The position numbers were made by a program, and so were the translations under genes. The notes under the pieces were generated by a model, which ran no database searches, was not told the origin of the DNA, and worked only from the letters and a program-made list of their open reading frames with translations. Below are positions 10,983-20,251 of a DNA stretch of 64,000 nucleotides, piece by piece (position 1 is the first letter of the stretch; every line of letters begins with the position of its first letter). Source of the stretch: Candidatus Gastranaerophilales bacterium (GTDB taxonomy: Bacteria > Cyanobacteriota > Vampirovibrionia > Gastranaerophilales > UBA9579); the NCBI GenBank assembly GCA_028689995.1, contig JAQVCB010000003.1, positions 1,291 to 65,290 of the forward strand. The letters are read 5' to 3'.

Positions 10983-12132
10983 CACTTGGGATAAAGCAGA
11001 ACTAGATGCCATTCAGCGGGTTATAGATTCTGCTGTATTTACTATGGATAAAAATGTTAAAACTTTTGAAGAAAATTTTGCTAAATATGTAGGCAGTAAA
11101 TACTGTGTAATGGTTAATTCAGGATCATCTGCCAATTTACTTGCTGTAGCTGCTCTTTTTTACAAAGAAAATAATTCCCTGAAAAAAGGTGATGAGGTTA
11201 TTGTACCTGCTGTATCTTGGCCAACAACATATTATCCTTTGGATCAATACGGATTAAAATTGAAATTTGTCGATATAGACTTAAATACATTAAATTATGA
11301 CCTTGAAGCATTAGCTGGCGCAGTATCAGATAAAACACGAATGATAATGACTGTAAATCTTCTTGGTAATCCAAATGATTTTAATAAAATCAAGGAAATT
11401 ATAGGATCAAGAAATATAATCCTTATCGAAGACAACTGTGAATCTATGGGAGCTGTTTATGAAGGTAATCAGGCTGGAACCTTCGGTCTTCTTGGAACAT
11501 TCAGCACATTCTTTAGCCATCATATGTCGACGATGGAAGGCGGATTAATTGTAACAGATGATGAGGAACTTTATCATATATTACTATGCCTTCGGGCTCA
11601 TGGTTGGACACGAAATCTACCTAAAGAAAATAAAATTTGTACAAAAAGTGATGATCTTTTTGAAGAGTCTTTCAGATTCTTATTACCGGGTTATAATGTC
11701 AGACCAATTGAAATGAGTGGGGCTATAGGAATTGAACAATTAAAAAAACTACCGGGTTTTCTTGAAGAAAGACGTAAAAATGCTGCGTATTTTCAGGAAA
11801 TTTTTAAGGATAACACTGATTTTTATATCCAAAAGGAAATCGGACAAAGCAGCTGGTTTGGATTTTCCTTTGTTATAAAGGAAAAATCCCCGTTAAAACG
11901 TAAAGATATTGTAAATAAGCTGACAAACGCAGGCATTGAATGCAGACCAATTGTAGCCGGCAATTTTGCAAAAAATGAAGTTGTAAAACATTTTAATTAT
12001 GAAATTTTCGATACATTAAAAAATGCTGAATTTATTGATAAAAATGGCTTTTTTGTAGGAAATCATCAGTTTGAAATAAAAGATAAAATCGAGTATTTAA
12101 GCAGTATTTTGAATGAATTATTAAACAGGTAA
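10951..12132 (+). CDS. colD: GDP-4-keto-6-deoxy-D-mannose 3-dehydratase-like (ColD-type), DegT-fold
   Basis: N-terminus MKKINYQLASSTWDKAELDAIQ. The active-site stretch FSTFFSHHMSTMEGG has His in place of the usual Lys, a ColD hallmark. The gene follows gmd and fcl. The track start at 10933 is an alternative. Confidence 0.72.
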   Translation: MKKINYQLASSTWDKAELDAIQRVIDSAVFTMDKNVKTFEENFAKYVGSKYCVMVNSGSSANLLAVAALFYKENNSLKKGDEVIVPAVSWPTTYYPLDQYGLKLKFVDIDLNTLNYDLEALAGAVSDKTRMIMTVNLLGNPNDFNKIKEIIGSRNIILIEDNCESMGAVYEGNQAGTFGLLGTFSTFFSHHMSTMEGGLIVTDDEELYHILLCLRAHGWTRNLPKENKICTKSDDLFEESFRFLLPGYNVRPIEMSGAIGIEQLKKLPGFLEERRKNAAYFQEIFKDNTDFYIQKEIGQSSWFGFSFVIKEKSPLKRKDIVNKLTNAGIECRPIVAGNFAKNEVVKHFNYEIFDTLKNAEFIDKNGFFVGNHQFEIKDKIEYLSSILNELLNR

Positions 12133-12136
12133 ACTT

Positions 12137-12940
12137 ATGATAATAGTCAAACTTATTGGCGGACTTGGAAATCAAATGTTTCAGTATGCTTTGGGTAAAT
12201 ATCTTGCTGTTAAGCATGATTCAAAGCTCAAGCTTGATTTATCCGGTTTTGAAAGCTATAAAGCTTGGAAATTTGAACTTGATAATCTGAATGTTCAATA
12301 TGAAAGTTACAATCCGGATGAAATAACTTCTTTAAATTATATTCAGGAAAAACAATTTCACTTTGATTCTGATATGCTTAATTTGTCTGATAATGTACAT
12401 CTTGATGGTTACTGGCAATCAGAGAAATATTTTAAAGAAATCGAAGAATATATAAGAAAAGATTTTTCCGTTGTAACCCCTATAAATAAAGAAAATCAGA
12501 GTCTGCTCGATCTGATTAACTCAACAAATTCCGTAAGTTTACATGTAAGAAGAGGGGATTATATTACAAATCCTTCTGCAAATGCTTTTCATGGCACATG
12601 CAGTCTTGATTATTACAATAAATCTGTCGAACATATTATAGAAAATATTGATAATCCTCATTTTTTCCTGTTTTCCGATGAATCTGAGTGGGTAAAAGAT
12701 AATATTTTAATAAATAAACCTGTTACAGTTGTTGATATTAATACTATTGATAATGGTTATGATGATTTAAGACTTATGTATAACTGTAAACATAATATTA
12801 TTGCAAATAGTTCATTCAGCTGGTGGGCGGCATGGCTTAATAATAATCCGCAAAAAATCGTTATTGCTCCTGACAAATGGTTTTTAAGTCCTGTACATGA
12901 TACTAAAGATTTAATACCGCAGGGATGGATAAAATTATGA
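12137..12940 (+). CDS. GT11 alpha-1,2-fucosyltransferase-family glycosyltransferase
   Basis: 267 aa with GGLGNQMFQYA, HVRRGDY and SSFSWWAAWL, the family-11 motifs. Confidence 0.85.
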   Translation: MIIVKLIGGLGNQMFQYALGKYLAVKHDSKLKLDLSGFESYKAWKFELDNLNVQYESYNPDEITSLNYIQEKQFHFDSDMLNLSDNVHLDGYWQSEKYFKEIEEYIRKDFSVVTPINKENQSLLDLINSTNSVSLHVRRGDYITNPSANAFHGTCSLDYYNKSVEHIIENIDNPHFFLFSDESEWVKDNILINKPVTVVDINTIDNGYDDLRLMYNCKHNIIANSSFSWWAAWLNNNPQKIVIAPDKWFLSPVHDTKDLIPQGWIKL

Positions 12941-13827
12941 ATCCTGAAATTACCGTATTAATGCCTGTATATAATTCTGAAAAATACTTAAAAGAATCCA
13001 TTGAAAGTATTTTAAATCAGACATTTAAAGATTTTGAATTTCTGATACTAAATGACGGTTCAACAGATCAAAGTGTAAATATTATTGAATCCTACAGTGA
13101 TTCTCGTATCAGATTAATCCACAATGAACAAAACCTTGGATTAATCAGTACTCTAAACAGGGGGATCGATCTTTCGCAGGGCAAATATATTGCAAGAATG
13201 GATTCAGACGATATTTCTTTTCCAGAGCGTTTGGAAAAGCAATTTAAACTTATGGAAGAAAAAAAAGATATAGGCATTTGCGGAACTTTATTTCAAGTTT
13301 TTGGAAAGCATAATTACATACCAAATCATCCTGAAAACACTGAATTAATAAAAGCATATCTTATATTTGGCTGTTATATTGGTCATCCGACAATAATGAT
13401 ACGAAAAAGTATTCTGGAACAACATGATCTAAAATATGATGACAATTTTAAACATGCTGAAGATTATGAATTGTGGACAAGAGTAATTAAATATTCAAAA
13501 TTTACCAATATTCAGGAAATTTTATTGCATTACAGGAGTCATGACAGCCAAATTTGTCAAAAATTTACACAAATTCAGTCGCAAAATTTAAGAAAAATTC
13601 ACTTCAACTATCTAAAAAATCTTGGATTTGAGCCATCAGAAAATGAAATAGGTATTCATAATGCTGTAATTGAGCAAAGATATAAAGACGATATTTCTTT
13701 TAAGGAAAAAGCCCGTATCTTGTACAATAAAATCATTGATGCAAATAAAAAAACGGGTTTTTTTGATGAAAAGGCTCTTGATTTTACAATAAAAAGTCTT
13801 TTTTATAACCCTTATAACTACAACTAA
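12925..13827 (+). CDS. GT2 glycosyltransferase (paralog of 18240-19253)
   Basis: Has VLMPVYNSEKYL, LNDGSTDQS and ARMDSDDIS (DxD). The likely start is the ATG at 12937, which overlaps the upstream TGA (ATGA). Confidence 0.85.
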   Translation: MDKIMNPEITVLMPVYNSEKYLKESIESILNQTFKDFEFLILNDGSTDQSVNIIESYSDSRIRLIHNEQNLGLISTLNRGIDLSQGKYIARMDSDDISFPERLEKQFKLMEEKKDIGICGTLFQVFGKHNYIPNHPENTELIKAYLIFGCYIGHPTIMIRKSILEQHDLKYDDNFKHAEDYELWTRVIKYSKFTNIQEILLHYRSHDSQICQKFTQIQSQNLRKIHFNYLKNLGFEPSENEIGIHNAVIEQRYKDDISFKEKARILYNKIIDANKKTGFFDEKALDFTIKSLFYNPYNYN

Positions 13828-13857
13828 TATGTAAAAATTTTTCAATAGAGGATAAAA

Positions 13858-14604
13858 ATGAATAAAGATGATATTAAAAATATTCCCGTTTTTATCATAA
13901 CCAGAAACAGACTTGAATGTTTAAAGAAACTTATAGAGTGGCTCGGGAAAAATGATCTTAAAAACATACATATTCTTGATAATAACTCGACATACAAACC
14001 TCTTGTAGATTATCTCGATAAATTGCCATATAAAGTCTATAAATTTGAGGAAAATATTGGTCATCTCGTTTTATGGAAATGCAATTTATTTGATAACATA
14101 ATAAAAACGCAAAATTTTATTCTTTCAGACCCCGATGTGATACCATTTGATGATTGTCCGACAGATGTAATTGAACAGTTTTTGAAAATATTAAATGAAA
14201 ATTCACAATTAACGAAAGTTGGTTTTTCTCTTGAAATAAATGATATACCTGATTATAATCCCTTGAGAGAATCGATCTGCGAATGGGAAAGTCAATATTG
14301 GACTAAAAAAATAGACAATCCGAATTATGATTTTGATTTATATACTGCACATATTGATACAACCTTTGCATTATACAGACCTGATATTCATTATAGAGAC
14401 GAAAAGTGGTATGATGCTATCCGAACAGGCAAGCCCTATATTGCAAGGCATCTGCCCTGGTATCAAAATCCTGATAATTTAAACGAAGAAGATGAATATT
14501 ATAAATCTACAGTAGCATATGATTATAGTAACTGGACTTTAGCAGAAAGTAATCAGGATATAAAGGACAGACTCAGATTTGATCTTATTGACAATCAAAA
14601 ATAG
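13858..14604 (+). CDS. Hypothetical protein, possibly a GT-A-like glycosyltransferase
   Basis: 248 aa. IPVFIITRNRLECLKKLI...ILDNNST...SDPDVIP resembles a GT-A Rossmann start plus a DxD. The context is a glycan locus. Function is not established. Confidence 0.45.
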   Translation: MNKDDIKNIPVFIITRNRLECLKKLIEWLGKNDLKNIHILDNNSTYKPLVDYLDKLPYKVYKFEENIGHLVLWKCNLFDNIIKTQNFILSDPDVIPFDDCPTDVIEQFLKILNENSQLTKVGFSLEINDIPDYNPLRESICEWESQYWTKKIDNPNYDFDLYTAHIDTTFALYRPDIHYRDEKWYDAIRTGKPYIARHLPWYQNPDNLNEEDEYYKSTVAYDYSNWTLAESNQDIKDRLRFDLIDNQK

Positions 14605-14633
14605 AAATATAAATTATAATAAGGATTATCTTA

Positions 14634-15500
14634 ATGAGAGTATCAATATGTATACCTGCATATAAACAGCCAGAATGTTTTAAAAGAGCTTTATTATCAA
14701 TTTTTGAACAGACATTTGAAGATTATGAAGTTATTATTACTGACGATTCCCCCGATAATTCAATTTTAGATGTTGTAAATGAATTTAATGATAGCAGAAT
14801 AAAATACTTTAAAAATGCTGAAAGAAAAGGTTCTCCTGAAAATTGGAATGCCTGTATTGATATTGCCACAGGTGAATATATTAAGTTTCTTCACCATGAT
14901 GACTGGTTTAAAGAAAAAGAAAGCCTGTCAAAATTTATCAAAATGCTGGATGATAATCCTAATGATGATCTTGCTTTCTGTGCAAGTGCAAACTGTTATC
15001 CTGATACAAGAATAAAAAATATTTTTCAACCAACTACTAATAAAATTAATGCGCTTAAAAAAGATCCTTTATTTTTATTTCCCTCTAACATTATTGGATC
15101 TCCAAGTGTAACTATATACAGAAAAAAAGTTAATAAAAAATTTGATAAAAAATTAAAATGGGTTGTTGATGTTGATTTTTATATAAGTATTCTGTCCGAG
15201 AATTCAGGTATTGTCTTTTGTAATGAGCCTTTAATTTCAGTTATGACAGGATCAGAAAATCAGGTAACTTCTTCCTGTCAAGATAATAAGAATGTTGAAC
15301 TGTATGAATGGCTGTATTTATATAATAAAAATATTAAAAAGATAAAAATTAGACAAACAAGATTTATATGCAAATTATTGAGTATTTATAAAATAAAATC
15401 AGAAAAAGAAATTCTGGATATGGGAATTAAATTGCCTACTAATATACTTTTTTATATAACATTATTTGCTAATAAATACATTTTTAAAGATTTATTATGA
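14634..15500 (+). CDS. GT2 glycosyltransferase
   Basis: 288 aa with VSICIPAYKQPE, ITDDSPDN and LHHDDW (DxD-like). Confidence 0.8.
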   Translation: MRVSICIPAYKQPECFKRALLSIFEQTFEDYEVIITDDSPDNSILDVVNEFNDSRIKYFKNAERKGSPENWNACIDIATGEYIKFLHHDDWFKEKESLSKFIKMLDDNPNDDLAFCASANCYPDTRIKNIFQPTTNKINALKKDPLFLFPSNIIGSPSVTIYRKKVNKKFDKKLKWVVDVDFYISILSENSGIVFCNEPLISVMTGSENQVTSSCQDNKNVELYEWLYLYNKNIKKIKIRQTRFICKLLSIYKIKSEKEILDMGIKLPTNILFYITLFANKYIFKDLL

Positions 15501-15513
15501 AAAAATCAGTATT

Positions 15514-16692
15514 TTACAGGTTCAAATACATTTTTTCATATTCTTTTGCTATTTTTTCCCAGGAAAACTTTTCTTTCCACGATTTAAAACCGTTTTGAGC
15601 GTATAATTTTCTTTTTTCATAATCTTTAAAAATATTTTCAAGTATTCTAACAGATTTTTCTATATCAACAAAAGTTAACCCAAACAATTCGGTTTGTTTG
15701 GTCGTAGGTAACAGTTCACCCGCATTGGACCAGCTGATAATTTCTGCTGAATTACCGACATCACTTGTTAGAAAAGGTGTTTTTGATGCCATGCATTCAA
15801 ATAGAACTATTGGTGAACATTCTATATTTGAAGGAAAGAGAAAAAGATCTGCTTCCTGGTATAATGCCACTGTTCTTTCTCTTGAAAATTCACCAACTAT
15901 AAACTGCTTTTTATCAAAAACTCGCTTTGGATTTAATTTAAAATAAAATTTTCTTTTTTTACATTGTTTTGTACATTTATCTCCAAAATCATTTGCTGAT
16001 ATTACAAAAGAAGCATTTGAAATATTTGCTTTTTCAAATATTTCAAATGCTTCTTTATGTCCTTTTGTCCCTGTATGGGAACCCACATGTAAAATCAAAA
16101 TATGATCTTTCGGTATGCCAAGTTCTTCTCTTATGCTACCGGGATATTCAATGGAAAACTCTCTTTCTTCTGCCCCATTTGGAATTAAAATTCTTTTTTC
16201 AACACCATTTTTACGTGCAAAATTTATATCTCTGTAATTATCTGATAGAAAAACATTCATGTCGTATTTTTTTAGCCAGACTTTCATTTTTTCAAAATAA
16301 TCAGAGAAATTTTCATCATACAAACGTGAAAAGCCTGTAGGAACAAAGACTTTTTTTGCCTTGATGTCATCAAGAATATTAAGACAAGCATCAGTTGTCC
16401 ATTGATGTGCTGCAAAATTCGTTATAACATTAAAATCAGAATTTTTTAATAAATCGTGATATCTTGGAAGTTCGCCTCTTTTCCCGAATATACCACTAAC
16501 GTAATTGCCTTTAATTTCAAATTCTTCTATTTTTACTCCGTTATATTCAGAAAAAGTTCTATCTTTATGCTTTGTAGTTACAACAGTAACATTATGTCCC
16601 AGTTTAACAAGTTTTTCTGAAAGATGTTTCACAACTTCCGGCATTCCGCCTATTGATGGATAATAATGTTCGACAGTATGTAAAATCTTCAT
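15514..16692 (-). CDS. GT4 (GT-B fold) glycosyltransferase
   Basis: 392 aa. N-terminus MKILHTVEHYYPSIGGMPEVV, and C-terminal FLFPSNIECSPIVLFECMASKTPFL (E-x7-E-like region). Confidence 0.8.
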   Translation of the reverse strand: MKILHTVEHYYPSIGGMPEVVKHLSEKLVKLGHNVTVVTTKHKDRTFSEYNGVKIEEFEIKGNYVSGIFGKRGELPRYHDLLKNSDFNVITNFAAHQWTTDACLNILDDIKAKKVFVPTGFSRLYDENFSDYFEKMKVWLKKYDMNVFLSDNYRDINFARKNGVEKRILIPNGAEEREFSIEYPGSIREELGIPKDHILILHVGSHTGTKGHKEAFEIFEKANISNASFVISANDFGDKCTKQCKKRKFYFKLNPKRVFDKKQFIVGEFSRERTVALYQEADLFLFPSNIECSPIVLFECMASKTPFLTSDVGNSAEIISWSNAGELLPTTKQTELFGLTFVDIEKSVRILENIFKDYEKRKLYAQNGFKSWKEKFSWEKIAKEYEKMYLNL

Positions 16693-16702
16693 TGCTTCTT
16701 TA

Positions 16703-17110
16703 TCAACATTCTAAAATGAAGAATCTGATTTTTTCAAGAAAATTCCTCGGAATAACCGAGACCATAGGAATTTTAATTTCAGGATAATCTTCTTCAAAGA
16801 ATTCCTTAATAATAAGATCGTTATAAACACATAACAGTATTAGATCAGGCTTAATTTCTTCGATTTGATCAGGAGAAAAAGTCTTATAATTTTTGAAATC
16901 TTCTTGCTCAAAGTATAAATATTTACTGTCTGCAAATCCAATAATATTGAGTTTTGATAGATCATAATTGTCTAAAATATTTTCTGCCAAAAGACCTGTT
17001 CCATATGCAAGAATTTTTTTATCTGCATATTTTTTAGCCAGAGTATCAAGATATTTTTGTAATTTCTTTTTTTCTAATATGTTCTTTAATTCATCACTTG
17101 TTTTACCCAT
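16703..17110 (-). CDS. Small hypothetical protein with a Rossmann-like domain shared with the C-terminus of the radical-SAM protein at 32322-33560
   Basis: 135 aa. KILAYGTGLLAENILDNYDLSKLNIIGFADS... aligns by eye with KICFWGAGDLAKIILDAYDFSKLNVLGFIDG... in the radical-SAM protein. Confidence 0.6.
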   Translation of the reverse strand: MGKTSDELKNILEKKKLQKYLDTLAKKYADKKILAYGTGLLAENILDNYDLSKLNIIGFADSKYLYFEQEDFKNYKTFSPDQIEEIKPDLILLCVYNDLIIKEFFEEDYPEIKIPMVSVIPRNFLEKIRFFILEC

Positions 17111-17209
17111 TTTGATTCCCTTTTTATAAATATTTTCTTAAATTATAGTTTAATTTATTAACTAAATAAAATTATTAAGTTTTTTATATCTCATTTTTTA
17201 TCGGAATTG

Positions 17210-18121
17210 TTAAGAATGATTAGTATTTTTCCATTTTATTGTATTTTTCAGACCTTCTTCAAGATTAATCTCATAATTCCAGTTTAGCATATTCTTTGCT
17301 TTTGAATTATCCAGTACACTGTCTTTTATATCACCTTCTCTTGGTACTATATAAGTAGCCTCGCTATTGTAGCCACTTATTGTCTTTAAAACATCGAATA
17401 AACTGTTAATACTAATACTATTATTAGTGGAAATATTCAATATTTCATTTTTTACGTCCGATTCAATTGCAAGCAGATTTGCTTTTGCTATATCTTCAAC
17501 ATAAACAAAATCTCTGGTCTGTTCTCCATCCCCATGTATTTCTATAGGCTGATCATTAAGCATCTTATCAATAAATATTGATATAACTCCTGCTTCTCCG
17601 AGTGCATCCTGTCTCGGTCCATAGACATTGGCATAACGGAAAATAATATAATCAATCCCAAAAAGCTTTATGTAACTTTCCATTGTTATTTTTGAAAGTC
17701 CATAAAAAGATAATGCAGTAATTTTATGTTTTTCATCCACAGGAAGATATTCAGGAATACCGTAAACAGCAGCTGTTGAAGCTGCAATAAGCTTTTTTAC
17801 TCCAAATTTTTTACAGTTTTGAAGTAAATTAACGCTTGCAGCAACATTCTGCTGAAGATCAAAAAGAGGATCCTTCATTGAAACAGAAACACTTGCCTGT
17901 GCAGCATGGTGACTGATATAATCTATCTGATTTTCAGTAAAAATTTTCTCAAGTTCCTGACTTTTTAAGTCAATTTTATAGAATTTAGCTTTAGGATTAA
18001 TATTATAATCTTTGCCAACGGATAAATTATCCGCAATAATCACTTCATAACCTTTTTCTATAAGTTTATCAACTATATGTGAGCCTATAAATCCGGCTCC
18101 ACCTGTTACTAATACTGCCAT
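17210..18121 (-). CDS. NAD-dependent sugar epimerase/dehydratase (UDP-glucose 4-epimerase-like SDR)
   Basis: 303 aa with VTGGAGFIGSH and YGLSK (YxxxK). Confidence 0.85.
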   Translation of the reverse strand: MAVLVTGGAGFIGSHIVDKLIEKGYEVIIADNLSVGKDYNINPKAKFYKIDLKSQELEKIFTENQIDYISHHAAQASVSVSMKDPLFDLQQNVAASVNLLQNCKKFGVKKLIAASTAAVYGIPEYLPVDEKHKITALSFYGLSKITMESYIKLFGIDYIIFRYANVYGPRQDALGEAGVISIFIDKMLNDQPIEIHGDGEQTRDFVYVEDIAKANLLAIESDVKNEILNISTNNSISINSLFDVLKTISGYNSEATYIVPREGDIKDSVLDNSKAKNMLNWNYEINLEEGLKNTIKWKNTNHS

Positions 18122-18239
18122 AAAACTCCTGACGCAAATATTTTTTCAAACGGTTTCTAAAATTATTATATTACATATGATAAAATTATTTATAACATAA
18201 TAAACAGGAAATTTGGATATTTATCGGGAGAAAGCTGGC

Positions 18240-19253
18240 ATGAATTTAGAAAATCCAAAAGTAACAGTATTAATGCCTGTTTATAACAGCGAAAAATATT
18301 TAAGAGAAGCTATAAAAAGCATTTTAAATCAAACGTTTTACGATTTTGAATTTTTAATTATAAATGACGGATCTACCGATAAAAGCGTTGATATCATCGA
18401 ATCATTCAATGACCCTCGTATCAGATTAGTCCATAATAAAAAGAATCTTGGATTAATTGCGTCGTTAAACAAGGGACTTGACTTGTGTAAAGGTGAATAT
18501 ATAGCAAGAATGGATGCTGATGATATTAGTCTGCCTACAAGACTAGAAAAACAGGTTGAATTTCTCGATTCTAATTCTGATACAGTAATTTGCAGCTCAT
18601 TGATAAAGACTTTTGGAGATGTAAATCCCTCTGTATTCAGATATCCTGAAAATCATGAATCAATAAAATCAACCCTGTTATTTAAAAATTCAATAGCTCA
18701 TCCTGCTGTAATGATGAAAAAATCTGCAATTAAAGGGTTATATTTTGATCCTGAATATAAACATGCAGAAGATTATGAATTATGGGTAAGAGCTTCAAAA
18801 TATTTAAAATTATATAATATGCAGGAAGTCCTCCTGCTCTACAGGATGCATGCTGAGCAGGTCAGTCAGCATCATCTCGAAGCACAATCAGCATCTTCAA
18901 GAAAGATTATGTTAAGTCAACTTGAAGATCTTGGAGTTAAACCGACAGAAGAAGAACTTGAACTTCATAAACAGATCGGCACTGGAAAAATTCAACCTTC
19001 AAATGAATTTGTTAACAGAGCGGAAAACTGGTTGATTAAGCTCAAAGATATTAATAAAAAGACATCTTATTATTCAGAATCTGCTTTTTCTTATGTAGTT
19101 GCAGAACATTGGTTTCTGGTGTGCATAAAAGCTTCAAAACTCGGCATATGGTCTTGCCGGAAGTTCTTTTATTCACCTTTGAGCAAGAAGAATAATTTAA
19201 GCCTGAAATCTAAACTAAAGCTTGTTTATAAATGCTTAAAACAGTTGAATTAA
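18240..19253 (+). CDS. GT2 glycosyltransferase (paralog of 12925-13827)
   Basis: Has VTVLMPVYNSEKYLREAIKSILNQTF...INDGSTDKS...ARMDADDIS. The ATG at 18240 is preferred over the TTG at 18213 (GGGAGA lies upstream). Confidence 0.85.
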   Translation: MNLENPKVTVLMPVYNSEKYLREAIKSILNQTFYDFEFLIINDGSTDKSVDIIESFNDPRIRLVHNKKNLGLIASLNKGLDLCKGEYIARMDADDISLPTRLEKQVEFLDSNSDTVICSSLIKTFGDVNPSVFRYPENHESIKSTLLFKNSIAHPAVMMKKSAIKGLYFDPEYKHAEDYELWVRASKYLKLYNMQEVLLLYRMHAEQVSQHHLEAQSASSRKIMLSQLEDLGVKPTEEELELHKQIGTGKIQPSNEFVNRAENWLIKLKDINKKTSYYSESAFSYVVAEHWFLVCIKASKLGIWSCRKFFYSPLSKKNNLSLKSKLKLVYKCLKQLN

Positions 19254-19339
19254 TAGATGCTGAAACAAGTTTAGTATGACACGTAATTTATCAATCATAA
19301 TTTGACTACTCCCAAATATTTTGTTTTAAAATAATAATC

Positions 19340-20173
19340 ATGAATAAAGGAATTTTGTATATTTGTCCTACTCCTATTGGAAATCTCGAAGATATTACTC
19401 TTCGGGTGCTTCGTGTATTAAAAGAAGTTGACCTGATTGCCTGTGAAGATACCAGAGTCACTCAAAAGCTTTTAAATCATTATAATATTTCAACCAAACT
19501 AACCAGTTATCATAAATTTAGCGAAAAACAAAAGAGTGAATATTTAATAAATCTGTTATTAGAAGGTAAAAGCATTGCACTTGTTTCTGATGCAGGTACT
19601 CCGGTTATAAGTGACCCGGGTTTTGAGCTTGTAAAGCAGGCACATAAAAATAATATTAAGGTTGAACCTTTACCGGGTGCGTCTGCTGTTATGACAGCGT
19701 TTTCTGCAAGCGGTCTTGACAGCCCTTATTTTACGTTTGTGGGTTTTCTTCCAAGATCCAGGAAAGAAAAAGAAACTCTGGTAAGCAAGTATAAAGAAGT
19801 AAACATTATTTTTTTTGAAGCTCCAACAAGGTTTGTAAAGACCCTTGAAGAATTGAAAGAAATTCTGGGCAATGTTAATTTGGTTGTGACAAGAGAACTG
19901 ACGAAAATTTATGAAGAAATACGTCGTGATACAATCGAAAATCAGATTAATTACTATACGGCAAAGCCTCCTAAAGGAGAAATTACTGCAATTATAGAGG
20001 GTATCGAAGAAAAAACGACTATGGATGAGCGTTTAATTATAGAAAAAATTAAAATTTTAAAAACCGCAGGTTATCCAACAAAAGAAATTAGCAGGATTCT
20101 TTCGCTTTTAACATCTTGCCCTAAAGGTAAAATTTATGATTTAGCTGTGGAAATGATTGAAAAATCTAAGTAA
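19340..20173 (+). CDS. rsmI: 16S rRNA (cytidine1402-2'-O)-methyltransferase
   Basis: 277 aa with GILYICPTPIGNLEDITLRVLRVLKEVDLIACEDTR and SDAGTPVISDPG. Confidence 0.9.
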   Translation: MNKGILYICPTPIGNLEDITLRVLRVLKEVDLIACEDTRVTQKLLNHYNISTKLTSYHKFSEKQKSEYLINLLLEGKSIALVSDAGTPVISDPGFELVKQAHKNNIKVEPLPGASAVMTAFSASGLDSPYFTFVGFLPRSRKEKETLVSKYKEVNIIFFEAPTRFVKTLEELKEILGNVNLVVTRELTKIYEEIRRDTIENQINYYTAKPPKGEITAIIEGIEEKTTMDERLIIEKIKILKTAGYPTKEISRILSLLTSCPKGKIYDLAVEMIEKSK

Positions 20174-20251
20174 ATTGCTTATTTTACAACTTTCTATAAG
20201 CTGAATTTTATGATATTATAAAATAACTGCTTAAAGTTTACCGGAGCTGAT

